From a bacterium (GTDB taxonomy: Bacteria; Patescibacteriota; Patescibacteriia; SBBB01), in contig SBBB01000027.1 in NCBI GenBank assembly GCA_005239895.1, positions 376 to 64,375 of the forward strand: 64,000 nt of DNA. The letters are read 5' to 3'. Within the stretch, counting starts at the first letter, position 1. Every line of letters begins with the position of its first letter. Made by a program: the position numbers and the translations under genes. The notes below the pieces were generated by a model, which was given only the letters and a program-made list of their open reading frames with translations, searched no databases and was not told where the DNA came from. Below are positions 1 to 11,066 of the stretch, one piece after another.

Positions 1-774
1 ATTATTTCTAAAGCTATTGAATCTGTTTTAGGTCAATCAGTTGCAGATTGGGAATTAATTATTATTGATGATGATTCTTCAGATGATACTGAGTTGATTA
101 TTTCGCAATATATCAAACAGGATTCCAGAATAGTCTATCTAAAAATGAATAAAAAAAATAATCTGCAATCTCTAATTAATTTTGGACTCCAAGCAGCTAA
201 AGGGCAATATATAGCCAGAATTGACGATGACGATGTTTGGATAAATAAAGACAAACTTAAGAAACAAATCAACTATCTAGACAACAATCCAGAATGTAAA
301 CTAATAGGCTCTTGGGCTGTAGTTATTAATCAAGAAGATAAGGAGCTTTTTTATTACGATCTACCTTCCACTGATCAAGAAATTAGGAAACATATATTAT
401 TAAGAAATTTTTTTATTAACTCTAGTGTTGTTTTTGAAACCGAGGGTGCCCGCTTGGTTAATGGTTTTGACGAACAATTAAGTCTTAGCGGTGATTATGA
501 CATGTGGTTAAAATTAGGGAAATTAGGTAAATTATATATATGGCCAGAATATTTGACAGCCTTAAGATATGATGACAACAACCTTAGAAAGAAAAGAATT
601 ATTAGGACTAATGATTCATTACAAATCATTAGGAAATACCGCGATGCTTATCCTGGTTTTTATGTTTCTTTACTGGCCAACTATTTAAAATTAATTTATC
701 TTTTTGTTATGAGAATTGGTGTTATTGATAAATTTTTATATAGACTTAGAGTGCAGCGCAATTTTAAGTTATAA
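1..774 (+). CDS. Glycosyltransferase family 2 (5' truncated by window edge)
   Basis: Frame open from window start (IIIDDDSSD), YIARIDDDD DxD motif, GDYDMW motif. Confidence 0.9.
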   Translation: MISKAIESVLGQSVADWELIIIDDDSSDDTELIISQYIKQDSRIVYLKMNKKNNLQSLINFGLQAAKGQYIARIDDDDVWINKDKLKKQINYLDNNPECKLIGSWAVVINQEDKELFYYDLPSTDQEIRKHILLRNFFINSSVVFETEGARLVNGFDEQLSLSGDYDMWLKLGKLGKLYIWPEYLTALRYDDNNLRKKRIIRTNDSLQIIRKYRDAYPGFYVSLLANYLKLIYLFVMRIGVIDKFLYRLRVQRNFKL

Positions 775-811
775 AATACAGGCTATTATTAGGTGTTTTA
801 ATATTGCAATT

Positions 812-2446
812 ATGTCTAAAAAGCAAAGAAAATATATTTTTGTGGTGGGAGGAGTTTTATCAGGCGTTGGTAAGGGAATAACCTCCGCTTCACTGGCCCT
901 TATTTTAAAATCAACCGGACTAAAAGTAACCGTACTTAAAATTGATCCTTATATTAATGTGGATGCTGGAACCATGAATCCTATTGAACATGGCGAGGTT
1001 TTTGTAACGGATGACGGAGATGAGACAGACCAAGATATTGGTAATTATGAGCGTTTTTTAAATACAGATTTAGGAGCTATAAATTATATGACAACCGGGA
1101 GAGTTTATTCTAGTGTCATTAATAATGAGCGATCCATGAAATATGGAGGTAAATGTGTTGAAGTTGTTCCGCATATTCCCGAAGAAGTGATTAAGCGTGT
1201 TCGTTTTGCTGCTGATCATTATGACGCGGATGTAACTATTATAGAAGTGGGTGGTACGGTGGGAGAGTATCAAAATATTTTATTTTTAGAAGCTGTGCGT
1301 ATAATGAAATTTAGTAATCCTTCTAGTGTTGCTACGGTATTAGTAAGTTATTTGCCTGTTCCCGAGCATCTGGGAGAAATGAAAACCAAACCCACTCAGC
1401 AAGCTGCTCGTTTACTGTATTCAGCTGGTATTAGTATGGATATGATTATAGCTAGGGGACACGCGCATTTAGATCAGCCCCGTTGTAATAAATTAGCGAT
1501 TGCAACCGGAGTGCATCCGAATTATATTTTTTCAGCGCCAGATGTTAAATCTATTTATGAATTACCATTAGTTTTAGATGAACAGGGAGTGGTTCCTAAA
1601 TTATTAAAGTTATTAAAATTAAGATTATATCCAAGCAAATTGGATGCTTGGAAATCTTTTGTAAAGCGTATTAAAAATAGTAAAAAAACAGCGCGTATTG
1701 CTGTGATTGGTAAATATTTTAGTACAGGCAATTATACTTTATCAGATTCATATATTTCCGTTATTGAAGCTGTGCGTCATGCTGCGTGGTATTATAACGC
1801 GCAAACAGTTTTAACTTGGTTGGATTCTGAAGTTTATGAAAAAAATCCAAACGCATTGCAAGATTTAAAAAATTACGATGGTATTATTGTTCCGGGCGGC
1901 TTTGGAACCCGTGGTATTGAAGGAATAATTCAAGCTATTAGTTTTGCTCGTAAGAATAAAATTCCATATTTAGGATTATGTTATGGTATGCAATTAGCAG
2001 TGGTAGAATTTTGTCGTAATGAGTTGGGACTAGAAGGTGCTCATACTAAAGAAATTAATAAAAAGACCAAACATCCTGTGATTGATATTAATCCTTATCA
2101 ATCTAAAAATGTAAATGCTGGACGCTATGGTGGCACCATGCGTTTGGGAGCTTATCAGTGTGAATTAAAAAAGGGGAGTTTAACTGCGAAAGCTTATGGT
2201 GCATTACAGATTTCAGAAAGGCATCGTCATCGTTATGAATTTAATAATAAATATCGCGAGCAAATCGAAACGTGTGGCATGAGTATTGTAGGCGTGAACA
2301 CCGAATCCAATTTAGTTGAAATTATTGAAATATCAGATCATCCGTTTTTTGTGGGTACTCAATTTCATCCGGAATTCAAATCGCGGCCTTTAAACCCGCA
2401 CCCTTTATTTAGAGAATTTATTAAAAAAGCCTTAGTGTTGCGTTAA
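812..2446 (+). CDS. pyrG: CTP synthase
   Basis: GGVLSGVGKG, KIDPYINVDAGTMNP, GLCYGMQ, HRHRYE, QFHPEF; start placed at ATG 812. Confidence 0.98.
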   Translation: MSKKQRKYIFVVGGVLSGVGKGITSASLALILKSTGLKVTVLKIDPYINVDAGTMNPIEHGEVFVTDDGDETDQDIGNYERFLNTDLGAINYMTTGRVYSSVINNERSMKYGGKCVEVVPHIPEEVIKRVRFAADHYDADVTIIEVGGTVGEYQNILFLEAVRIMKFSNPSSVATVLVSYLPVPEHLGEMKTKPTQQAARLLYSAGISMDMIIARGHAHLDQPRCNKLAIATGVHPNYIFSAPDVKSIYELPLVLDEQGVVPKLLKLLKLRLYPSKLDAWKSFVKRIKNSKKTARIAVIGKYFSTGNYTLSDSYISVIEAVRHAAWYYNAQTVLTWLDSEVYEKNPNALQDLKNYDGIIVPGGFGTRGIEGIIQAISFARKNKIPYLGLCYGMQLAVVEFCRNELGLEGAHTKEINKKTKHPVIDINPYQSKNVNAGRYGGTMRLGAYQCELKKGSLTAKAYGALQISERHRHRYEFNNKYREQIETCGMSIVGVNTESNLVEIIEISDHPFFVGTQFHPEFKSRPLNPHPLFREFIKKALVLR

Positions 2447-2457
2447 TTTGTAGTACT

Positions 2458-2496
2458 ACTTAGTCGCCTTGCCACTAAGTCGCCTTGCCACTAAGT
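2458..2496. repeat. 23-bp palindrome ACTTAGTCGCCTTGCCACTAAGT with a 16-bp tandem duplication of its right part
   Basis: Identical 23-mer at 15828-15850; related copies at 4176, 45031, 47707, 50233. Confidence 0.9.
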
Positions 2497-2593
2497 AGAT
2501 TACACAAGGTGGATATATATTATTGCCCCACCGTCACATTTTATGCTAATATACCAAGTATTAAATCATTAAATCATTGAATCATTATTTAAT

Positions 2594-3973
2594 ATGTTAC
2601 AAAATGCAAAACAGGTTTTAGTAGTTTTATTTATTATAAGTGTGTTAGTTATTGGAATTGCTGGAAGAGAAACATTTGCATCTTCTCATCATCTTAAAGC
2701 ATCCGAAAAAATAGTTCAAAACATGATGGAGAAGTATTCTAAAATTAATTCTTTAGAGTACTCAGGAGAATTAAAAGCGCAAACTAAGGGTCATGATGCG
2801 AGCAATTTTGTGCTTAATTTTAATGGGATGTCGGATGACAAAGATGTAAAAAATATTAAAGGGGTGTTGTCCTTGAATATTGCCGCTGATCAGGCATCTA
2901 GGGGTGAATCTGCTGATGAACCTACTAAGAAGAAATTTAATTTAGGATTAGATATAAGGTTTGTTAACAAAATAGTTTACGTAAGGCTGAATAATATCGA
3001 TATTCCCTCTTTTGGTAAATCTAAAGACAAAGAAATTTCCGAGATTACTAGTCTAAAAAATCAGTGGATTAAAATTGATATTGAAGCTTTAGCAAAATCT
3101 CCAGAACTAAAAGAATTAGGTTTAGATATAAAATTTAAAGAAGCGGAAAAACAAACCGAACTATCACCAGAACGGGTTAAAAAATTAGAGGAGGTTTTTA
3201 AACAGGCAAGAATTTTTAAAGTCGTAAAAAGATTTTCTGATAAAACCATTAATAATATACCAACTTACCATTTTAAATTTGAATTTGATAAAAATGGCAT
3301 AATAGAACTAATAGCTGGTATTTCAGAGGTTATGTTCGATAAAGAATCTGGAGAGGCAAAAATGGAGAGAGGAGAAATGCTTAAAGTGTATAGTAGGAAT
3401 TTTCAAGATATAAAACTTCCTAAGGGAGAGATTTGGATAGGTAAAAAGGATTTATTACCGCATAAAATTTATTTTGGTGTTAGGCCCAAGGTTGCTGTAA
3501 AAAGCGAGTTATCTACTAGGTATGATTTTACTCTTTTATTTAAAAATTTTAATAAACCAGTTCAGGTTGATGTTCCAGCTAATACTAAATCACTAGAAGA
3601 TATTATTGGTCCTAAACTTGCTGACGCCAGGCAAAAATCGCGCGATGCTAAACGCGTAGCTGATATGAAACAATTACAAACAGCTTTAGAGCTTTATTTT
3701 ACTGAAAAAAATGATTATCCACCTACGGCTGTTATAGATGATGGTGATCCAAAAAATACTCCTTTAAAATTATCTACTGGTAATGGTTTTTCTACTGTTG
3801 CTTCAGGTACAACAAATATGGAGTTTGTTCCAGAAAATCCGCAACCCAATGGCATACCGTATGTTTATAACAGACTAAGTCCAACAGATTTCACTATAGA
3901 TTTTAGTCTTGAAAAAGGTTTCGGAAATTTGTCAGCCGGACATCATGTTACCACTTCGGGTGGTATTAGGTAA
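2594..3973 (+). CDS. Exported protein with C-terminal type IV pilin/GspG-like domain
   Basis: N-terminal hydrophobic signal/anchor; ARQKSRDAKRVADMKQLQTALELYF..YP is the pilin alpha1-C signature. Confidence 0.75.
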   Translation: MLQNAKQVLVVLFIISVLVIGIAGRETFASSHHLKASEKIVQNMMEKYSKINSLEYSGELKAQTKGHDASNFVLNFNGMSDDKDVKNIKGVLSLNIAADQASRGESADEPTKKKFNLGLDIRFVNKIVYVRLNNIDIPSFGKSKDKEISEITSLKNQWIKIDIEALAKSPELKELGLDIKFKEAEKQTELSPERVKKLEEVFKQARIFKVVKRFSDKTINNIPTYHFKFEFDKNGIIELIAGISEVMFDKESGEAKMERGEMLKVYSRNFQDIKLPKGEIWIGKKDLLPHKIYFGVRPKVAVKSELSTRYDFTLLFKNFNKPVQVDVPANTKSLEDIIGPKLADARQKSRDAKRVADMKQLQTALELYFTEKNDYPPTAVIDDGDPKNTPLKLSTGNGFSTVASGTTNMEFVPENPQPNGIPYVYNRLSPTDFTIDFSLEKGFGNLSAGHHVTTSGGIR

Positions 3974-4006
3974 TATTAGTAGAAAGTCGAAGATTGCTAA
4001 TTTTCT

Positions 4007-4156
4007 TGTCATCCCCGACCTGATCGGGGATCCAGATTATGATTAAGCGTGCACGTTCCTGGATTCCCGTTTTCACGGGAATGACAGAAAAAAACTTGTC
4101 ATTCTCAAGTCCGTTCGGACATGAATGTCCTCAGGATCACGACCAGAGGATGACAA
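4007..4156. repeat. REP/dRS3-like palindrome doublet plus a second degenerate element
   Basis: TGTCATCCCCGACCTGATCGGGGATCCAG ... CTGGATTCCCGTTTTCACGGGAATGACA; second TGTCATTCTC...GAGGATGACA. Confidence 0.85.
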
Positions 4157-4174
4157 ATGAGCATTAAATAAAAT

Positions 4175-4199
4175 CACTTAGTAGCGAAACTACTAAGTG
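4175..4199. repeat. ACTTAG-N11-CTAAGT palindrome copy
   Basis: CACTTAGTAGCGAAACTACTAAGTG. Confidence 0.8.
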
Positions 4200-4211
4200 A
4201 ATGTAATGTTT

Positions 4212-4240
4212 AATCCCCACGGCATTGAATCGTGGGGATT
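4212..4240. terminator. Hairpin between convergent genes
   Basis: AATCCCCACG...CGTGGGGATT. Confidence 0.6.
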
Positions 4241-4315
4241 GTGTTTAATTATAATATTTTGATTGATAGTGTTAATCAATACTGTTGTTTGTTAGGAGTA
4301 GATTTTCTGTATAAT

Positions 4316-4618
4316 TTAGATAGACTTAGATTTGGTCATTTCTTGTTTTGCTTTTTCATAGTCACTGAAGAATCCCCATGGATCTGCCTTAGGTCCTTTA
4401 TGGCCATATCCGCATACTAAAATTACGCGGTCTCCTGCTTTGGGATTATTTTGCAATTTTTCGTCGCAGAATTCTGGTGCAACCTTGCCAGCTTTTATCT
4501 TTCGACCATCATTAAAGTGATAAAAAATATCTTTACCGCTGTCATTAATAGTTATGTATCCAAAACCCCTATCACGAAAGGTTTTAATAGTACCGACTTT
4601 CATTATAGTCTTTTTCAT
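4316..4618 (-). CDS. Cold-shock domain protein
   Basis: GTIKTF..RGFGYI, DIFYHF, GPKA; AGGAGG upstream; TTGACA-17-TATATT at 4685-4657. Confidence 0.85.
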   Translation of the reverse strand: MKKTIMKVGTIKTFRDRGFGYITINDSGKDIFYHFNDGRKIKAGKVAPEFCDEKLQNNPKAGDRVILVCGYGHKGPKADPWGFFSDYEKAKQEMTKSKSI

Positions 4619-4803
4619 TGTAATCCTCCTGTTTATTATACTATCTTACTATGAATAATATATGATCTACAAAGATTAATGTCAACTTACATGAGATCTG
4701 TATATGTATGTTTGATATAACATATGCTATGTTGGTTTTAGGATCGATTTAAATCAATGCTCTTGCCAATAAATTCTATCTGTTTTATGATATAAGTAAT
4801 CCT

Positions 4804-4947
4804 TAAATTTTAGTAAAACAAGTAATATGTTATATATTTGGACGGATTGTGTTTGTGATAGTGCCTAATCTAGGCCTATATTTGGGCTATATTTAGCCTT
4901 TATTTTAGGTTTAGTACATAAAATTAACATTATTTGCTTACAATTTA
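4804..4947 (+). ncRNA. Candidate rod-shaped RNA (6S-like) or structured leader upstream of rny
   Basis: TTGCCA-17-TATGAT at 4763-4791; end-to-end pairing TAAATT/AATTTA, GTAA/TTAC, CAAGTAAT/ATTATTTG; AT-rich so partly chance. Confidence 0.3.
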
Positions 4948-4990
4948 ATTTTTTAATTTTTCATTTGCTAATTTAAGGGTTCATAATCAT

Positions 4991-6523
4991 ATGAACCAAT
5001 TTAGTGTATTTATAATTTTATTAGAAGTTTTAGTGGGTATAGTTTGTTTTTGGGTTGGTTATTTAATACGTAAGTATAAAAATGAAAGGGATATTAATTC
5101 CGCTAGTTTGCGCTCGGAGCAAATTATTTTGGATACTAAACAACAATCACAGACTATGTTGGACGACGCTCACACCAAAGTCGAAAAACTTTTGGGTTCA
5201 GCTAAAAGTGAGTCGGATAAAATTTTGAGCGGAGCTATAAGCAAACAAAGAGAGCTGGAACAGCGCGAAAGATCGTTTAGTGATCAAATGCTTAAATTTC
5301 AAGATAGGCAACAAGAGTTATATAATAAAAATATTGTTTTAGAAAAAGAGTTGTTGGACGTTAAACAGAGCAAACTCAAACAACAAGCAGAATTAGAGAG
5401 AATTAGCGGTTTGAATCAAGAAAGCGCCAAGGCTTTACTTTTAGAAAATGTGGAGCGTCAGTGTCAGGAAGATTTATTAGGTAAGCTAAAGAAAATAGAA
5501 ACTAATGCTGAAAGTGTTTTAGCGGCTAAAGCTCAAAATATTTTAATTAACGCTGTTCAAAGATGCGCCATGTCTAATGTGTCTGAAATTACTTCTACTA
5601 CATTTGTTTTGCCATCGGATGAAATAAAAGGAAAGATTATTGGAAAAGAAGGCCGAAATATTAAAACCATTGAACATTTAACAGGCGTAGATTTAATCAT
5701 AGACGATACTCCGGGAGTTATTATTATTTCCGGATTTAGTCCGGTGCGCAGACATATTGCTAAACGTGCTTTAGAAAAATTAGTTTCCGATGGCAGAATT
5801 CATCCGGCTCGAATTGAAGAAGTTATTGCGGAAGCTAAAAAAACTATTACCAATGAAATTATTAAAGCTGGGGAAGACGCGCTTGCTGAATTAGAAATTA
5901 GTGGCATTGATCCTAAATTAGTGCAGATTTTAGGGCGCTTAAAGTTTCGTACTAGTTATGGACAAAATGTTTTACAGCATTCCATGGAGGTTGCTTATTT
6001 AGCTAAATTGTTAGCTGAGGAATTAAAAATTGATCCTAAGGCTGCTGCCCTAGGCGGATTATTTCATGATATTGGAAAAACCGTTGATCACGATGTGCCG
6101 GGCGCTCACACGGTTTTGGGTTATGAAATTATGAAAAGATATGGTTTCCCTGAAGAGATTGCTTATATGGCCATTGCTCATCACGAAGATAGTCCCAAAA
6201 CTTTATTGGGCATAGTTGTTAAAACCGCTGACTCTATTTCTGGTGGTCGTCCTGGAGCTAGGGGAGATACGCGCGAAAATTACATTCAACGTTTAACAGC
6301 TTTAGAGCAGTTGGCTGGAGAATTTTCAGGCGTGTCGCATACTTACGCTATTCAGGCTGGAAGAGAATTAAGGGTGTTTGTTACTCCGGAAGAAATTAAT
6401 GATTTAGAGGCTTTTAAATTAGCGCAAGATATTGCGCGTAAAATAGAGCGCAGTTTAAAGTATCCTGGTGATATTAAAGTTACCATTATTAGAGAAACTC
6501 GCATTACGGAATACGCTCGTTAA
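4991..6523 (+). CDS. rny: Ribonuclease Y
   Basis: N-terminal TM, coiled coil, KH (IIGKEGRNI), HD (FHDIGK). Confidence 0.97.
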   Translation: MNQFSVFIILLEVLVGIVCFWVGYLIRKYKNERDINSASLRSEQIILDTKQQSQTMLDDAHTKVEKLLGSAKSESDKILSGAISKQRELEQRERSFSDQMLKFQDRQQELYNKNIVLEKELLDVKQSKLKQQAELERISGLNQESAKALLLENVERQCQEDLLGKLKKIETNAESVLAAKAQNILINAVQRCAMSNVSEITSTTFVLPSDEIKGKIIGKEGRNIKTIEHLTGVDLIIDDTPGVIIISGFSPVRRHIAKRALEKLVSDGRIHPARIEEVIAEAKKTITNEIIKAGEDALAELEISGIDPKLVQILGRLKFRTSYGQNVLQHSMEVAYLAKLLAEELKIDPKAAALGGLFHDIGKTVDHDVPGAHTVLGYEIMKRYGFPEEIAYMAIAHHEDSPKTLLGIVVKTADSISGGRPGARGDTRENYIQRLTALEQLAGEFSGVSHTYAIQAGRELRVFVTPEEINDLEAFKLAQDIARKIERSLKYPGDIKVTIIRETRITEYAR

Positions 6524-6527
6524 TTTT

Positions 6528-7331
6528 ATGCTAAAAGTTATTATATTTGGTGATTTGATGGGCAAACCTAGTCGTAAAGCCCTGCGCATGATTTTACCAG
6601 ATATTAAAAAAGAATATCAGCCAAATTTAATTGTTGCTAATGTTGAAAATTTAACGCACGGTTCGGGAGTGAGTCCGGAAGCACTTAAGGAAATATCAGA
6701 ATGTGGTGTGAATTTTTTCACTTCTGGCAATCATGTTTGGAATCGAAAAAAGGATATTTATAATATTTTTCAAGAAAATAAAATTGATATTTTGCGCCCG
6801 GCTAATTATCCTCCTGGCGTGTCCGGAGTCGGATATAAAGTAATAAGTATTGACCAATATACTATATTAATGATAAATTTAATAGGAAGGGTTGGTATGT
6901 ATCAAAGTTTTGATTGCCCTTTTCGTGCTTTAGATGCTATATTAACTGAACATAAAGGTATGAAATTCAATGCTATATTGGTTGATTTTCATGCTGAGGC
7001 TACCTCGGAAAAGGTGGCTTTGGGGCATTACGCTAGTGGAAGAGTAACAGCTGTTTACGGAACTCATACTCATGTGCCTACAGCTGATGCTCATATTTTT
7101 TCTAATGGCACAGCGTATGTTACGGACATTGGAATGGTGGGACTTAAGGATTCGGTTATTGGGGTTGATAAAGTTAATATTATTAAAACCTTTTTAACTC
7201 AAATAAAAGAAGAACATATCATACCCGATAATGGTTTAGTTACTGTTAATGCCATTTATTTAACAGTTGATCCTGCAACTGGTAAAGCTCTAGATATTCA
7301 AAGAATACAGAAAGAAGTTTTAGTGTCTTAG
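6528..7331 (+). CDS. ymdB: YmdB-family metallophosphoesterase
   Basis: GD..G, NVEN, TSGNH, RPANYP, DFHAEATSEK, GTHTH; follows rny. Confidence 0.95.
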   Translation: MLKVIIFGDLMGKPSRKALRMILPDIKKEYQPNLIVANVENLTHGSGVSPEALKEISECGVNFFTSGNHVWNRKKDIYNIFQENKIDILRPANYPPGVSGVGYKVISIDQYTILMINLIGRVGMYQSFDCPFRALDAILTEHKGMKFNAILVDFHAEATSEKVALGHYASGRVTAVYGTHTHVPTADAHIFSNGTAYVTDIGMVGLKDSVIGVDKVNIIKTFLTQIKEEHIIPDNGLVTVNAIYLTVDPATGKALDIQRIQKEVLVS

Positions 7332-7420
7332 TTGAAGATTTTAGTAATACGGTTAAGCTGAATTTGCTTTTAATATTTTATGGGTCGAGTTTTATTTAAT
7401 AAATTGAGAGGGGGTGACAT

Positions 7421-7696
7421 ATGAATAAATTAGAATTAATAGAAACAACCGCCACAGCTACGAATTTACAGAAAAAACAAGTTGAAAATGTTTTAGAAGT
7501 TATTATTGCTACAATTGTGTCAACCTTAAAATCAGGCGGAGATGTGGCTTTAACAGGATTCGGTACGTTTACAACTTCTAAAAGAGCTGCTCGTATGGGA
7601 ATCAATCCCCAAAAGCCTGGAACTAAAATTCACATTGCGGCTCGTACGGTTCCAAAATTCAAGCCTGGCAAGGGTTTAAAAGAAGCTGTTAAGTAA
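7421..7696 (+). CDS. hup: Histone-like DNA-binding protein HU
   Basis: MNKLELI, GFGTF, RAARMGINP, VPKFKPGK. Confidence 0.97.
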   Translation: MNKLELIETTATATNLQKKQVENVLEVIIATIVSTLKSGGDVALTGFGTFTTSKRAARMGINPQKPGTKIHIAARTVPKFKPGKGLKEAVK

Positions 7697-7713
7697 ATTC
7701 ATAATTTTCATTT

Positions 7714-7778
7714 ATTGTCCCTCATATTTATCTCGTTGTAATAATTTTATATAGAGATAAACATGAGGGACAATTTTT
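7714..7778 (+). terminator. Long hairpin with T tail after hup
   Basis: ATTGTCCCTCATATTTATCTC...GAGATAAACATGAGGGACAAT then TTTT. Confidence 0.7.
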
Positions 7779-7922
7779 GTAAAAATTTTATCTGAAACAC
7801 ATTTGTCCAGAATTTTTTATCCAGAATGAGGTGACGGATACAAACCCTTGCTTTTATTGGTAGTATAGTATATAATATATTACTGTTGCTAATGTAATTA
7901 TTTTGGGTTATATACTAAATAT

Positions 7923-9077
7923 ATGGATACTTTTAATGATTTATTAAAACAAGGGAAAAACGACTATCTTCAGGTGGGAGATGTTGTGAATGGTCAAGTT
8001 ATTTCTATCAGTAAATCTGAGGTTAAATTAGATTTGGATAGATTTAATATTGGTGTTATTCGCGGCAGAGAATTGTGGGGCGCGGTAGTTGATTTTAAAA
8101 ATGTGCATTGTGGAGATATGCAGAAGGTTGTGGTTTTAGATATTGATAATGAACGCGGAGAAATAGAATTAGGATGCAATGTTGATCAATACTTGCAATC
8201 TTCAGATTCTGCAGGTGCTTCAAATACGAATGGATCTAGCAGACCAGCTAGCAATGAAAAAGTTTTAGTAACCGTTACCGGAGCTAATCGTGGTGGCTTG
8301 TTAATTAAATTAAATAATTTAAGCGGATTTTTACCAGCTTCTCAACTTTCTCAAAAACATTATCCTCGCGTGGAAGCATCTAATAAAGATAAAATTTTAG
8401 AAAAATTAAATGATTTAGTTGGTAAAAAAATATATGTTCAGGTTTTGAATGTTCAAGATGACACTTTAATTGTTTCCGAAAAAAATATTGAAGATATAGA
8501 ATATTTGGAGAAAGTTAAACAATATCAGATCGGTCAAATTGTAGAAGGTGAAATTTGCGCGGTAGCGGAATTTGGCGTGTTTATAAAATTTGATGGAAAT
8601 ATGGAAGGTTTGATTCATATTTCTGAATTAACCTGGCAAAGAGTTGACCGTTTAGAGGACATTTTTAAAGTAGGTGATAAAATTAAAGCTGCGGTTTTGA
8701 ATATTGATGAGTTTAAAATATTTTTATCAGCCAAGGCTTTATTAATCGATCCCTGGGAAAATATAAATACTAAATATAATATTGGGCAGTCTGTACAAGG
8801 CAAAATAGTTAAAATTAATCCCTTTGGGTTGTTTGTTGAATTAGATCCTGAAATTCAGGGGTTGGCACACGTGTCTGAATTAGCCAATAGCAATGATATT
8901 AAGGTTGGAGATGTGCTTGATTTTACAATAATTACTATGAATCCTAAAGAGCACCGTTTAGGGCTTAGCGCTGTGTCTAAAACCAAAAACGAGAAAAAAA
9001 ATGAAGAAAATAAACCCGAACAACCAGTTGAGCAATTAGTTGAGCAATCAGTTGAAGAATTAAAACTTAATAGTTAA
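7923..9077 (+). CDS. rpsA: 30S ribosomal protein S1 (four S1 domains)
   Basis: Repeated S1 motifs (FGVFI, GLIHISEL, GLAHVSEL). Confidence 0.9.
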   Translation: MDTFNDLLKQGKNDYLQVGDVVNGQVISISKSEVKLDLDRFNIGVIRGRELWGAVVDFKNVHCGDMQKVVVLDIDNERGEIELGCNVDQYLQSSDSAGASNTNGSSRPASNEKVLVTVTGANRGGLLIKLNNLSGFLPASQLSQKHYPRVEASNKDKILEKLNDLVGKKIYVQVLNVQDDTLIVSEKNIEDIEYLEKVKQYQIGQIVEGEICAVAEFGVFIKFDGNMEGLIHISELTWQRVDRLEDIFKVGDKIKAAVLNIDEFKIFLSAKALLIDPWENINTKYNIGQSVQGKIVKINPFGLFVELDPEIQGLAHVSELANSNDIKVGDVLDFTIITMNPKEHRLGLSAVSKTKNEKKNEENKPEQPVEQLVEQSVEELKLNS

Positions 9078-9126
9078 ATATTAGGTTTTTTGATACTTTC
9101 TACTTTCTACTTTTAACTTTATTATT

Positions 9127-10962
9127 ATGTTTAAAAAATTGACTAAAGAAGCCATATTTTATATTTTTATTTTTATAGCTGTAGCTATTATATTTAGTCA
9201 GTTGAGTGCTAAAAATAGACCTGAAACTAAGGTGAGTATTATTGAATTGTTAAATGAATTGAGTGATCAAAACTTAAAAAATAAAGTTGAAAAAATTGTT
9301 ATTGACGAGGATAAAGTTATTTTAGTTCCACTTGATTCTACTAGTCCTTTAAAGATTGCTGAAAAAGAGAGTCTAGACTCTTTTTCAGCTATGTTAAAAA
9401 ATTATAATTTTGATTCTAAATATTTAAAACAGATTAAGGTTGAAGTTAAACGTCCTTCTAGTTTTAGTTTTTGGATGATGAACCTTCTGCCAATTTTAAT
9501 ACCCATTTTATTGATTGGGGCCTTGATTTATATTACGATGAGGCAGGTTCAAGGTGTTAATAGTAAAGCCTTGATGTTTGGACAAAGCGGGGCTAAAGAA
9601 TTTTCTCAGGATAGTAAAAAGAAGAAAACAACTTTTCATGATGTAGCTGGATCCAAAGAAGCTAAAGACGAATTATTAGAAATTGTGGAATTTTTAAAAA
9701 TTCCACAAAAATTTATAGATTTAGGCGCGCGCACACCCAAGGGAGTATTACTAATAGGAGCGCCTGGAACAGGCAAGACCTTGCTAGCCAGAGCTGTGGC
9801 TGGAGAAGCCGGGGTTCCATTTTTTCATATATCTGGTTCGGAGTTTGTAGAAATGTTTGTGGGGGTTGGGGCGAGTAGGGTTAGAGATTTATTTCGCACT
9901 GCCAAGAAAAACTCTCCCTGTATTTTATTTATTGATGAAATTGACGCGGTGGGCAGACAAAGGGGTTCAGGTTTAGGTGGTTCGCATGATGAAAGAGAGC
10001 AAACCCTGAATCAAATTTTAGTGGAAATGGACGGTTTTGATATTAATACCAATATTATTATTATGGCCGCCACTAATCGTCCGGATGTTTTAGATCCAGC
10101 GTTGCTTAGACCAGGTCGTTTTGATCGTAGAGTTACTTTAGAGTTGCCAGATATACGAGAGCGTGAAGAGATTTTAAAAATTCATGCTATTGGTAAGCCT
10201 ATGGATGTGGGTGTAGTTTTAAAGAAAATAGCTGAAAGAACACCCGGATTTTCAGGCGCGGACTTGCATAATGTTTTAAATGAAGCTGCTATTTTAGCCG
10301 CTAGAGCAGATTTGAAACAGATTAACACCGCGCATATTTTACATAGTATAGAAAAAGTTATGTTAGGGGTAGAGCGAAAAAGTCATCTTATTTCCGATGC
10401 GGAAAAAAGAATTACAGCTTACCACGAAGCTGGGCATGCTTTAGTGGCTCATGAATTACCAAACACTGATCCGGTTCGAAAAATTTCTATTATTTCGCGC
10501 GGACGCATTGGTGGTTTTACTTTAAAACTTCCCACGGAAGATAGGCATTATCATAAACGTTCGGAATTATTAAATAATTTAACTGTGTTGTTAGGAGGTT
10601 ATGTGGTTGAAAAAGAAATATTAGGTGAGCTTACGACCGGACCTTGCAATGATTTGAAAGAAGCTACTAAATTAGCCAGGCAAATCGTAACTACTTATGG
10701 TATGTCAGACCAATTAGGCCCCCAAACCTTTAACAATCATTCGGAGTATATATTTTTAGCTCGTGAAATTTCTGAAACCAGAGAGTATAGTGAAAAAGTA
10801 GCTGAAGCTATTGATAAAGAAATTGCCAAGTTTATTAATAATGCTCAAAAAGTAGCTAAAACTATTATTTTGAAACAAAAAAAATATTTAGATAAAATTG
10901 TTGAAGTGTTATTAGAGAAAGAGACCATAGAGCAAGATGAGTTTAACGCGATATTTGTTTAA
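9127..10962 (+). CDS. ftsH: ATP-dependent zinc metalloprotease FtsH
   Basis: Two TMs, [20 protein letters not shown]. Confidence 0.98.
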   Translation: MFKKLTKEAIFYIFIFIAVAIIFSQLSAKNRPETKVSIIELLNELSDQNLKNKVEKIVIDEDKVILVPLDSTSPLKIAEKESLDSFSAMLKNYNFDSKYLKQIKVEVKRPSSFSFWMMNLLPILIPILLIGALIYITMRQVQGVNSKALMFGQSGAKEFSQDSKKKKTTFHDVAGSKEAKDELLEIVEFLKIPQKFIDLGARTPKGVLLIGAPGTGKTLLARAVAGEAGVPFFHISGSEFVEMFVGVGASRVRDLFRTAKKNSPCILFIDEIDAVGRQRGSGLGGSHDEREQTLNQILVEMDGFDINTNIIIMAATNRPDVLDPALLRPGRFDRRVTLELPDIREREEILKIHAIGKPMDVGVVLKKIAERTPGFSGADLHNVLNEAAILAARADLKQINTAHILHSIEKVMLGVERKSHLISDAEKRITAYHEAGHALVAHELPNTDPVRKISIISRGRIGGFTLKLPTEDRHYHKRSELLNNLTVLLGGYVVEKEILGELTTGPCNDLKEATKLARQIVTTYGMSDQLGPQTFNNHSEYIFLAREISETREYSEKVAEAIDKEIAKFINNAQKVAKTIILKQKKYLDKIVEVLLEKETIEQDEFNAIFV

Positions 10963-11066
10963 TAATAGTTAAGCATTATTTGCTTAATAATAGTTAAACA
11001 TTATTTGTTTGGTTAAATTTAAATAAAAGTGTTTGTTTTTAAATTTATAATAAAGCCCCTAAAATT

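Noticed and set aside
10959-11010. 25-bp tandem duplication after ftsH
   Set aside because: Two AT-rich copies only; likely slippage with no further signal
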